From Ruditapes philippinarum (taxonomy: Eukaryota): a DNA stretch of 64,000 nucleotides. Positions 52,201-64,000 of this stretch are shown one piece after another. The notes under the pieces were generated by a model that saw only the letters and a program-made list of their open reading frames with translations, was not told the DNA's origin and did no database searches. The position numbers were made by a program, and so were the translations under genes. Within the stretch, counting starts at the first letter, position 1. Each line of letters opens with the position of its first letter. The stretch lies in NCBI RefSeq assembly GCF_026571515.1, contig NW_026859119.1, positions 248,001-312,000 on the forward strand, read 5' to 3'.

Positions 52201-53747
52201 ATGCTTGTTTGGAAATCTACCAATATATCATTAGATAAAACCTTTGTCATTCGTTCTTAGAATTCTTTGATTATCCCCCGCCGAAAATTTTCGGCGGAGG
52301 ATATAGTAATAGTCTCCGTCCGTCCGTCCGTCCGTCCGTCCGTCCGACCTTCCGTCCTTCCGTCCGTCCGTCCTTCCGTCCGAAATTTTTGTCCGGAGCA
52401 TATCTCTAAAAGTATTTGAGTTATCAACTTGAAACTTCATAGGTGGATAGACCTCATTGAGGAGGAGTGCAGTGCACAAGAATGATAACTCTACCTTGCA
52501 TGATTTTTGAGTTATTGCCCTTTGTTATTTTTCAATATTGATTTTTGTCCAGAGCATAACTCCAAAAGCCTATGAGATATTAACATGAAACTTCATAGGT
52601 GCATAGATCTCACTCAGGAGGTGTGCAGTGCACAAGAATGATAACTCTTCCTTTCATAATTTTTGAGTTATTGCCCTTTGTTATTTTTCATACCTAATTT
52701 TTCACCTGAGTGGAGCATAACTCAAAAAGTGTTTGAGATATCAACATGAAATGTCATAGAAGGATAGATCTTATTGAGGAGAAATGTTGTGCGCAAGAAT
52801 GATAACTCTTCCCTATACAATTTTTGAGTTATTGCCCTTTGTTGTTTTTTTCATGCTATTTTGTCCAGAGCTTATCTGAAAAAGTATTTGAGGTATCATC
52901 TTGAAACTTCATAGGTGGATGGATCTCATTGAGGAGGAATGCAGTGCTAAAGAATGATAACTCTGCCCTGCATTATTTTTGAGTTATTGCCCTTTGTTAT
53001 TTTTCAAAATTAATTTTTGTCCAGAGCATAACTCAAAAAGCCTTTGAGATATCAAAATGAAACTTCACAGGTGCATAGATCTCACTCAGGAGGTGTGCAC
53101 TGCACAAGAATGATAACTGTACCTTTTATAATTTTTGAGTTATTGCCCTTTGTTATTTTTCATACTTAATTTTTCAATTCATTTTTTTCTCAAAAAGTAT
53201 TTGAGGTATCAACTTGAAACTTCATAGGTGGATAGATTTTACTGAGGAGGGATGCAGCACACAAGGATGATAACCTACCCTGCATTATTTTTCAGTTATT
53301 GCCCTTTGTTATTTTCAGCCATCAGTATTCACATAGGTTTCAAATCTGTAATCACTATAGCCATCAGTTTTCATTACCAAAAGACCTCATAAAATGGAAT
53401 TATTCTGCTCTACTACATATACATTCTTCCAATGAGCAAACACATTCGGCGGGGGATGGCCATGTTGACATGGCTCTTGTTTAATTTTATTTTTTACTTT
53501 TATGTAACACTTTTTTAGATTTTAATCTCTTAGACTAGTATTTTTTCCTATATAGTTGCTTTACAACCATTCAGCTATGTTTATCTTGACTGATTGGTAG
53601 TTAAGAGAGTACTATCATCAATTTTTTTTTCCATTTATATGAAAAACTTAACATTTACATACGAATATGTAAATGTACGAAAATTAAAAAAGATAAATTC
53701 TTACCTATTGCCCATATTAAAGCTGCAATAATGTTTCTGGTATCCAT
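43276..53747 (-). CDS. Four-exon gene for a 175-aa secreted Cys-rich protein with a C-terminal hydrophobic (GPI-like) tail
   Basis: Exons 53747-53705, 50389-50237, 47009-46883 and 43480-43276 have GT-AG sites and compatible phases (1,1,2), totalling 528 nt. Protein: MDTRNIIAALIWAIVCAGSSYG...CATGLIC...VICDKEIRDCVADNIEDKC...KQCSSSSATDIGLSIAAIIISIFIVVVV*. Confidence 0.85.
43760..44215 (-). mobile_element. Two degenerate copies of the SINE family found in RAG1L
   Basis: Shared segments gagtagaaccaccgac, gcttcctc.tgtgaa, gggattcg.acc.acagcgg, caagtggtt..aagt. Confidence 0.75.
45118..45340 (-). mobile_element. tRNA-derived SINE, same family as 26888-27107
   Basis: Reverse complement closely matches 26888-27107, with B-box GGTTCGATCCC and (AAAC)n tail. 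Confidence 0.9.
47520..47762. mobile_element. MITE with about 90-bp TIRs
   Basis: atatgagccgcgtcatggcaaaacc...tgcgaccagcatggatccagaccagcctgc..agtctgatcagga is mirrored at the right end. Confidence 0.85.
48955..49140 (+). repeat. Degenerate minisatellite, about 35-40 bp x5
   Basis: Variants of tagtgacctaaattcgaacacttact. Confidence 0.6.
51141..51501. mobile_element. Kolobok-like MITE (TTAA-flanked)
   Basis: Inverted ends ttaaagcagcacgcctccagat and atctggaggcatgcagcttta. Confidence 0.7.
52271..53482 (+). mobile_element. Helentron-like element with about 157-bp tandem array (about 6 units), in intron 1 of the minus-strand gene
   Basis: 5' atcccccgccgaa mirrored by 3' ttcggcgggggat, (GTCC)n microsatellite, 3' hairpin gccatgttgacatggc then cttgtt. 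Confidence 0.88.
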
Positions 53748-56641
53748 GATTTTTTGTTTTAAACACAGTCAAATTACATAAACAGTACAGGACACAGTAT
53801 ATCTCCTTGTATAACACCAATCCAGACTGATTTATTTTACTTACTTTACCATAAACGAACGTCTCGGTCCCGTGACATGCCTAAATGATATGTTAACTCT
53901 GACAGGTGCTTTAATTAATGCGTCAAATGATGGCTGCAAATAGTTATTGATGCACTTATACAATGTACTGTAAACATAATTTACTTAATATATAGTTTGT
54001 TAACTAAAATGAAAAATAAAACATGTGTGATTTTACCTCATATATCTACTTGTTGTGCATACCTATACAAAAACATAACCATAAATCTTTATATAAAAAC
54101 AAATTATTTGCGAACCAGGAAATGGTCACGCGTCTATACAGTATCATGTGCATACTTTCCTTAAACATGTGCATCATTTTTTATAAACCTATACATAATC
54201 AGCTGATTACTTGCAAGCGCTTTGTCATCTCAATCTTGATCTATTAAAAATCATAATAAAATAAAATGAAATAAATAATAATAATAAAACAACATATAAT
54301 ATCACTAAACTGACTGTGTAAGTTTGCATTATCTCAATTTATTTTTATTTCTCGATGACAATACATGTAAAACAATTGAGAGTATATATCATCTCGTAAT
54401 TTACAAAATTAAATTTGTCAAGTACGAAGCACACTTTTGACCAATTTAATGTAGTAAATACATACTAAAAACACTGACCAATTTAGTATTTGAAATTATT
54501 TTTGATAAAACTGTCGATATACAAGATTGATTAAATATAGCCGATTTACTTAAGTAAATGTGTTACGATTCATTTGAAATACTGCAGTTCTATTGGACAA
54601 AAAAACAATGTCAAACACTTTATATACTATTATATGGAATTTAAACTCGCAATCTTAACTTCTTTGGTCGCTATATCTAAAGAAGAGAAGGATATAGGCT
54701 TTTAATATATAAAATGATAGTTTTAACACAAAATGAGTATAAAGTTAGCTAAGAAGATATATACGGCAGATTATTGTATGAAACTGGACTGTTCAAATCA
54801 AGAAATTATTGATGCTTAAATAGAGGTTCTTTTTTAGTGATATTGAAATCTTAATGTTAAGAAAATCTTATTCAATAACAACCTTACAAACCATTAATAA
54901 CTTTTTGAAATAATAAATAAGTGCTTAGATATATTTAATTCAGCCCAGGAACACGTGTTTTTTGTTCTTATTTTTTTAGTTTTTCATGAAATGCAAATGA
55001 TGTCAAATTAGATATAGTATATTTACACGGCCACAATAAGTTTGAATTTAGCTTTAAAATTGAATTAATAACGAGAATATGAATTGTTTCACTTCTAATG
55101 AGAAAACTTGTATTTAATGCAAGCTATGTAAGTTTATTCAGTGAATTCGAGCATGTCATGCATATATTCATATTTTTATTTACTTACTTCTGTTACAAAT
55201 TCATGTAAATAATTAACTATTTAATTATTTACTCTAAGATAAGTTTCAACTAGGATTGAATGAGATTTTAGTTAACATCCAATGACATATGTGCGAATTA
55301 TTGAAAGAAAGAATTGCATAGCACAATTAGCAATAATATAAAAGGCACACAATGAGTTTTGTTTAGTTATATATAAACATATTTTTATGAAAGATACATG
55401 AATCATAAATGTCTACAGAAATAAAATATTAGCTATACCATTATTTACAAATAAAATATAAATGCAGTTAGTCTTTATGACGTAAAAAATGTACAAAACG
55501 ATACATAAATATTGAAAAGAATAGCAAAGATATCTGACCCACACAGGGACGATTACATCAGATTATCGAAAAAGAATAATAACTGATGAATCATATACAC
55601 GAGTTCATATGAAATAAAACACAGAACAATAAAATATTATAGCCCTTTACAGACAATATTAACTGCTAAAACATCTTGGTACTAAAATTGATAAAAAAAG
55701 GAAAGACATACATTTTTATGATTTTTTTATGTTGTTTTTTGTTTTATTCTATTTTTATACAATAGAAAGATGCATTCAGGTTCATTGTGTATGAAATAAA
55801 TCATATACTTAGAGCATGTAATACATACGCGTGCTCCGGGTACGTGGCACAACATACCCTAGTTGTTGAAAATTCATGAAACAGAGACATACATAATAAT
55901 CACTCGGTTTATCAGTCCCTTTCAAAATAAGGAAAAGGTAAAATAATGAATAAGTGAGAATATAATAGGGCAATCAAGAAGTATCTTCATCAAGATTTAC
56001 AGGTTTAATTGCTCCTGGGTGAGGTCGGTGTTTCCTACTCATGCTGAAATATCATGAATGATCATTACATTATGGAAAGGAAATATCACAGAAATTCTAT
56101 TTCAAATTCTCTCAATTATTGGCTTCGTTATGTTCAGAATCGAATCTCATTGCTGTCAGGCTTGGTACTTGGAGTCTGGCAAATACCGGACAGATAGAAT
56201 GGCGGATAGCACGTAGATTTACCGGTCGTCAAGATATAGACAAATAGCCTATAGCAGAAAAAAAGGTTAATCATGTGCTGACAACACACAAAACGATCAC
56301 CAACAAAAAGCCTACTGCAAATATTATTGTTACGTTTTTACATTTGTATATTTAACTCGGCGGCAAATCGAATTTGCGACCGTCTCACTTTGTGGTACCA
56401 ACGCTTTAAGCCAACGCTACGTGTTGATGATTTCCACTGACTTAATTTCATGCGGATTTTTTCACCTTTTTTCTGTTGGTTTCTTAATCATAATGCAAAT
56501 CCTAAGTAAACACTTTATAAAAGATATATATGTCGAAAATCAACGGACAAGAAACTTTACTATATAAAACTATAGCCTTATCATTAACGATTTCCTAAAG
56601 AAGAAGAAAAAAGAGATTTTTTTTGTCATAATCCTTTTAGC

Positions 56642-59600
56642 ATGGTTTCAAAGGTAAGTCGCACTTATTATATATACACTATATACACTTACATTTTTTT
56701 TTATTTTAATTAATTCAATAAAAGGATATTGACGAAATGTATGCAAATAATCATTGTTTCTATACACATAAGAGTACTTATGAAAATATATTTAAAATTT
56801 GGAATAGTAGTTTCTAATTACATGTATAATTAAACATTTATCGTAAAGGTATCACGGACACAAACTTTACCTCGGCAAGTGTTTTCGCTGAGATGATTTA
56901 GAGTTTTTTCATTAATGAATCCTTAGAATAGGTTGCCAGTTATTTAATATATAAAATCCAAGAAATGAACACCCGTTACGTACTTCCGTATTGGTATATA
57001 ATAAAAGTACTGTTGAACTGACCCGAAACAGCAATTAATGATGAAATGATTCCTTTTGGATCACTTGCATTATATATTACAAGTCACAACCGTTTCTTTT
57101 AATAATAAGTGCGATAAAGATTAATGATCTAAATCAATCAAATGTCATATAATTTTACTTCAATAATTAATTTATTTTTTTTTTCAGAAAATGATTTCGA
57201 ACCGCACAATTTTCTCTTGGGTGTTACTGATCAGTTTAATATGCTGCATCCTAATAGCTGATTTGGAATGTAAGCGTCATTCAAAAGCTGAGAAAAAATT
57301 CTCAGAGGAAGATAGCAGTTCATTTTCTAACAACAAAAATGGCGATCAACTTTGGTCAGATGAAAATAACCAAGAACGAGTGAACGAAAAGCATCCGAAG
57401 CCTAAAAAAGAAAGTTCAGAAAGCATATATTCGACAATATCAGAGCAAAGGAACATCAAAGAAACAGATTCAAGTTCTGAAAATACCAATAGTAATTATC
57501 TTCAAGATAAAGATACTGATAATGACAAAAGCGCTGAAACGACTTTAAGAGAAGATTCGAGCGTCAGAAGAAATCAATTCAAACCAAAGTATTTGGAAGA
57601 CGAAGAAGATTACAAAACCTTTGAAAGAAAATCTTATTCGTCAAATCCAGAAAATAAAAATGATATTGGCACTGAGAGCAGAAGAACACTAACTGAGGAA
57701 GATTTCACCAGCCAAGAAAGTGAAGCAACGTCAAGAAACAAAGAACGAGAGACTAATGAATTGAAAGTAAGCGAGCAGCAAGAAAAACAGGGAAAAGATA
57801 GAACGGAGCCGTCTGATTCAAAATCAAGCTATCATGAAAACGATGTAGACAAAACTGAAAGGAGTATGGGTAAGACCGGGAGTGAAAACGAATACTATGA
57901 AAATAGTAGAGGTAAGACCGGGAGAGAAAACGAATACAATGAAAATAGCAGAGATAAGACCGGGAGTGAAAACGAATACAATGAAAATAGTAGAGGTAAG
58001 ACCGGGAGTGAAAACGAATACAATGAAAATGGTAGAGAAAAGACCGGGAGTGAAAACGAATACAATGAAAATAGTAGAGAAAAGACCGGGAGTGAAAACG
58101 AATACAATGAAAATAGTAGAGAAAAGACCGGGAGTGAAAACGAATACAATGGAAATAGTAGAGAAAAGACGGGGAGTGAAAACAAATACAATGAAAATAG
58201 CAGAGATAAGACCGGGAGTGAAAACGAATACAATGAAAAGAGCAGTATTAGTATGTCAAAACATTCCAATGGGGATCTTAACTATCAAGGTGACAGGAGT
58301 TCGGAACAGAAACATACATTGACAGAAGACAGCAGTGGAGCATCAGGAGAAAGCATTCAAAAGACGACCGAAGCCAAACCAATAATATTAAAATATCAGA
58401 ACCCATTGTCTTAACGCCAAATGATAATGTTGATTATGATAATAACGTTTTGTACTCAGAAAACAGCGTTTTTAGCACAACCGTAAGTCCTACAAAATAC
58501 CAGACCTCTTTATCAAATATGTTATCCACAGCAACAACAAACAAACCAAGCATATCATCGACAGGAGTTATAAATGCAAGACAAGATAAGAAAGAGGAAA
58601 CTGTTGACATATTAAATACTGCACCGGGAATAATAATAAAACAGCCATTTACTGGTCGTAAAAAGTGCATTGAAAGAACGCCTCCTTGTTGTGTTCCCGG
58701 TCAGGTTGATATAAATCTTGGTGAGTGTCATGTTGGCTTTTCTTCTATGCAATGTTTCTTTTTTTTGTTAAGTAGTTCACACAAACGTAAATTTACATAA
58801 ATAAATGTTTGAAGGTCTGTGGTGAGGAATAGGCATGATTTTCAGTTTTAAATAGATTTCGATAAATACAATAAAAATGTGTTTTACGATGTTCTTTGAT
58901 GATGAAAAAAACATGATTTAGAAAGTCGTTTTTTTCTCAACGCGATCGGTAATTTCCACCGCCATTTTAACTGATGACGTTTCAATATCCCTACTTAATT
59001 TTCTTAACCCTCATGTCAGTTATGCTTATGTGTAAATGCATCAAAATATCTATTGTATTGTACAATTGTTTTTTCTTAACGAGTATTATGTAAAAAGAAT
59101 AAAGATTTTCTTTTGATATTTAAGTGCTTTACGCGAACTCGACCATAAATGCAGCTGATTTTTAAACTCAAATGGCCATTCAATTATTCAACTGGATTGT
59201 AAATTAACAAGGAAAGAGACAAATAAACAGACAAAAACATCCTCAAGGCTTAAATTTCTGTTACAAACCATGCAATTTACGGCTTTATAGACAGATTTTG
59301 ATGTATATCAAATTTTACTAGACGTCTATTTTCTGATTTGGTATTCTTTCTAAGCTAAGTATTGTCTTCATCACTTTACCCTTTGATTATTATCTACACC
59401 ATAATCTCTTTATAGTAATTCATCAAAGATCTATTTGTGCAATGTTTTGAACAATTCTGTCACATGATCTTTTGTGTGTGTATTTAGGTACAATTAATTA
59501 TAAAGCACGGGTAAATGGCGAGTTGGATGGTGTTAGTGCAACAGTATCTACAAAGCCACAGAGAGCATACAAACGATGTAGCAATTCCGCTGTAATTAAG

Positions 59601-61872
59601 GTTATATATAACTATGTCTTATCTGCTTATTGTAAGTTCATCAAGACAACTCTTACTTAAAGATATAGGAATTTTTTAAATTAAAATGTTGTGTATATGG
59701 TCTTTTGTCTAGTGGTAATGCAATATGAATACATTTTGTCCTGGTTCACCATTTAAGTGACATTATACTAATTTTTTTTTACCACCGTCAAGTTCAGGCG
59801 CTTTACCTACATATTCAAAAGATTTACTATGTAAATGGTCCCTGATCTATAACTGCTAATGGAAAATGATAAGAACTGCCTAAAGTTAAAAAGACTGCCC
59901 TATCTTTTTATCATATAAACGTTACTGCTACATTCTGAGGGATATCTAAAGCATTTTTCGGGAGTCATTTGATAGACGTGAACATTAATAAAATAAAATA
60001 TTGCCTTTTATTATGGCCTTTTTAGCTTTCCATTCACCATTTACGCTTTAAGTGACAGAATGCCTCTTTAAGGACGTATACCTTCATTTACATGCAATAA
60101 CAATATGCAAGGAAAATACAGGAATGTAATGTTCATATATTTTCACAGTAAGCCTAAATTGTCTTTGGTGTACTTTTGCAAAATAAAAGCTCTCATGACG
60201 TCATATGGCTTTACTCAAATCAATTCAAATTGCAAACTTTTTTTCAAATAAAGAACATTGTTTTCAAAGCGTGGTTTAATTGACAAATTCAGGTAACATT
60301 TGATCCAATGGGGAACGAAGGTTGTTTTGGGTGTACTAAAGGACCTTTCTGTGGCCGTCGTCTGCTACAACTTGATCTTGACCTGTCTAGAAACAGGCGT
60401 CGTGATACACTGTTGTACATCACGGACTCGCATTCTAAAGATGGTATGTATTAATTTTAACACTATATTTAAACAGAATTAATAACAATCCATTTGGTTT
60501 ATATCACATAAGATTCGAAATATCTGTAAATCAGATATGACATTTATATCCAAACCGGATACGGACTATTTTTTCTCAAGTTAGACGGTGCATATTTAAG
60601 GATATTTCTCGTATTAAAAATTGACAGTTGTCAATGTATTGAGGCGCCTTGTGTAATTAAAGAATCAAGAACAGTTTTAGTTTATTATGCATATCGTGTT
60701 ATATTTCGACATAAAAATAATAAATTATAAAATATATTGCAAATTATTTAATAATAATTTTGTAATGAATTATATTGAAAGGAAATTACGGACCTTGAAC
60801 CTCATTCCATTTTCATTTTATGGCAATATTTCATTGTGTTTATAAATATTTCACATTCATTTAGTGATTTTAGGTCATCGAAGACATATTTCACATTTCG
60901 TTAATGATTTAATTAATTGAAAATTGCAGGCCTAAATATAATCATATATACACGAGTTCTGCAACAGTTTTAGCCAGAAATTATATCAGTGCCACAAAGA
61001 AAATTTGTCTAATAATCTTAAAGTTTGTGTTTAATTAATAATTTATCACGCCCTCATGATACAATTCCTCGCATCCGAACTCCGAACAGTGATTATAGTT
61101 AGCGTTAAATCACTGTTGGGGATATATTATTGCGATTCTAACGTGTCAAGGAACATTGCTCCAGCATTTCTGAGTGCAGGTCGTGTTAGAATAAGACAAA
61201 AGTTATTGTATGACATTCGTAATGGCTTTGTGTCAAAATTATGAACCTCAAACAAAATTATTTACGATGTTTCAGATGGCGCAATCGTGCATATAATTCC
61301 TCGCATCCGAACTCCGAACAGTGATTTTTATTTAGCGTTAAATCACTGTTGGGGATATATTATTTCGATTTTAATGTGTCAAGGTACATTGCTCCAACAT
61401 TTCGGTTAATGTGAGTGCAGGTCGTGTTAGAATAAGACAAAAGTTATTGTTTGACAATCGTAATGTCTTTGTGTCAAAATTATAAATCTCAAACAAAATT
61501 ATTTACTAAGTTTCAGATGGCGCAATCGTGCATGCTGTATTTCCACATGTTAAAATTTATCCTCATAACTCTGCCGGAAACTCATCAAGTCACGTGATGA
61601 TTATGGGCGTGACGAACTCGCGTACTAATAAGATGACTGTTTACATCGGAAACCAATTTATGCGCATGACCAATGACAATCGTCTGGATGAAAATTTTTG
61701 CATGAACGATCTGTTTCATTTGAACGGACAGTTTGATCCGGGCAGTGGCGGGATGTCTCCGAATGAAATTACAATTGGAATAAATAGACAGATTCCACAA
61801 AGCGATGAAGAACGAAGTTTTGGAGTATGCTCCGCCTCATTAAAGTGGACATGTCCTTGGCAAGAAACATAA
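56642..61872 (+). CDS. Five-exon secreted acidic repeat-rich protein with a Cys-rich C-terminal domain; one frameshift at about 58375
   Basis: Exons 56642-56653, 57188-58720, 59488-59600, 60293-60443 and 61517-61872 have GT-AG sites and compatible phases. Signal peptide IFSWVLLISLICCILIA; TATA box at about 56561. Adding one A near 58376 joins ORF 57191 to the frame of ORF 58450. Confidence 0.8.
57869..58246 (+). repeat. Coding tandem repeat, 42 bp (14 aa) x9
   Basis: (G/D/E)KTGSENEYNENSR x9. Confidence 0.95.
61063..61533 (+). repeat. Tandem duplication of about 235 bp spanning the last splice acceptor
   Basis: aattcctcgcatccgaactccgaacagtgatt...gtttcagatggcgcaatcgtgcat at 61063-61293 and about 61296-61533. 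Confidence 0.9.
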
Positions 61873-62105
61873 GGGCATTACATGTTTTTTCTTCTTTACT
61901 TCATTGTATAAAGTAGAAATAAAAGACCAAGAATTACTTCACTTGTATTTTTGTGTTTTATTTTAATTATTGCTTCCAATGTGCCATTTAATTAATTCAA
62001 ACTATGTGCATAAACATTATCCCTCTACTTAAAATATAACTTTTTCTATTCTAGCTAAACATAGTGCACACATATTTATCAACACTTTTAATGAGTAAAG
62101 AACAT

Positions 62106-62478
62106 GTAATGGAAAGAGCATCGAAACACGAGGTTATCTGATTTGTACAAGCCTCAGGGGCCGTAGCCCCCGAATATTAATCAGATTGCCGAGTGTTTTG
62201 GTGTTGTTTCTCTTTTGTATCATAGTCAAATTAAAAAAAACACGTTCCCTGATGTCACAATATGAAACCCCAGAAAAATGTAACCAATGAACGAGCATAT
62301 GATATTTCTATCTCTCTGTCGTCACAATATGTAAAACCCAGACAAAATGAACTTTTCAATGGGCATGCTCTGAAGTGCGGGTAACTAATACCTGCACTCC
62401 AGTTAACGCACTGTGCATGTTATATGAGTTAACTCTTGACACATTTTCAACAGAAAGGTCCCCAAACTATGTTACAAT
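62106..62478 (+). repeat. Dispersed repeat of about 380 bp, copy 2
   Basis: Matches 21673-22058 in the same orientation. Confidence 0.85.
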
Positions 62479-64000
62479 TTATTTTTACATTGAATATAAG
62501 CATCGGATCATTTGCCCGCCAGTTTATACCGGATACAGTTTGCACACTGATGGCTTATTTTTCTGTTATTAAGTAACATTCCTCGCCCTACGCTTTGATT
62601 ATCTGTTGTTAATTACCAGTAGCATGAAATTGTTATCATAACTGCGGTAGGAGTGTCCTTTATCATGTGTACTAAATTACTTTAACCTTCATACCAATGC
62701 GACAAAACATCTCAATGATGGACAAATGTTGCAACAGCAATCTACAACCAATGACCAAAGTTATTTCAAACCCGACAAGTCATGTACATTTAATGTAGAT
62801 AGTAAATAAAATTGACGAGGATTTTTTTCTGTTCTTATTGTTATTTTTTTTGTTTTGTTTTCATGGCCTTTATAATTATGTTCATCTAATTGGCACGTAG
62901 ACATTAATTCTATCATCTGTTTTTATGACGCTGTCGGTATGAATCCTGTGTTTATCCTATGGATAAACTTAATAGAAGTAATCTTATACACAGTCTGGCT
63001 TCAAAGGTTATAGTTGATCCCAAATCATTAATTATGGTCAATTGAGAATTTTTTAATATTCTGAGCAAAAAAAATCTAGATGTCGGCTTCTCCAGAATAA
63101 AAATTGAAATGAAGTAATTAACTACTTTTTCTCATAAATGGGTTTCATTAACAGTTTATAAGTTTTGTCTTCTAATGAAAACATTTCAGCGTTAGCGTTA
63201 TTCCTTAAAACAATCAATGTGTTATTTAAGATTCAAAATTTATACAGTGCCTTTAACTCATCAAGTTTGACGCGACTGTACTGTTTTTCATTGTAAATGA
63301 CCTCCAGACGTAATTATCTGTACATTTAATCAGGCAACTATATACAGTGTATCTTTGTTGTATTAAATGAATATAAAAAAATGGAAGTCATTTCATCACC
63401 ACGCATTTGAAAGTACTGTTATAAAAATCTATTATTAGAACATCGTATGAAACGTACTGATGAACATGGTTCAAGGTTGAACAGAAAGACAGACATGAAA
63501 ACAAACAAATAAGATTAGATAATACCAAAAGTAATGTTATACAGATAGACCCGATTATGGTGAACTCCCCAGGACCATGATAATAGTACGTTATACCCGA
63601 GGTTTATTAGCCAATAAAAAACTTGTATCTTTCAACCAGCCACAAATAATTTAAACTTATTATTCCGGCAAAGTGTGGTTGAGTGAAGTGTCTGAAATAT
63701 TACACCTACACTTTCATTAAATTATATCATAGAATATAAATGTCAGAAAAATATTTCCGGTCAACAACCTTATTAGAATCCCCTAATTTGACATAAGATA
63801 AAGAAGGAGTGTGCGATATATCAGAATTCGGTATAGGTGAGCACAACTGTACAATGGCAATCTTGGGTAACAGTTAAAAAGATAGTGATTCATTTTCCCA
63901 TTATCTAATAATTGCACACGATGTTTCTCATTCTCCATATCAATGATATAAGTAGTTATAGTATATGAAACGAGTTAGTTACGAGGATATAACAATGACT

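Noticed and set aside
57882-58322. Alternative-frame and antisense ORFs (57882-58322 +, 57895-58269 -)
   Set aside because: They are shadows of the 42-bp coding repeat.

Overview
AT-rich, intron-containing animal genomic DNA. The SINE, Helentron-like and MITE families suggest a bivalve mollusc (inference). The main feature is a structurally complete RAG-like (ProtoRAG/RAGL-type) DNA transposon at 7170-17091. It has perfect 13-bp terminal inverted repeats starting CAC (CACTAACAAAGTT), an exact 5-bp target-site duplication (AACTG), and convergent RAG1-like (+) and RAG2-like (-) genes. It inserted into the last coding exon of an intron-containing hAT transposase, and removing it restores that reading frame. 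It was later hit by a SINE (in RAG1L) and a 5'-truncated RNase H-bearing LINE (in RAG2L). This copy also has stops and frameshifts, so it looks non-functional. The rest of the window holds a scrambled modular repeat region (3.1-5.6 kb), three Helentron-like elements with internal tandem arrays, Tc1/mariner relics (one DD41D), SINEs, MITEs and LINE fragments. Two divergent spliced host genes are also present: a 175-aa secreted, probably GPI-anchored Cys-rich protein (-) and an acidic repeat-rich secreted protein with a Cys-rich C-terminal domain (+).
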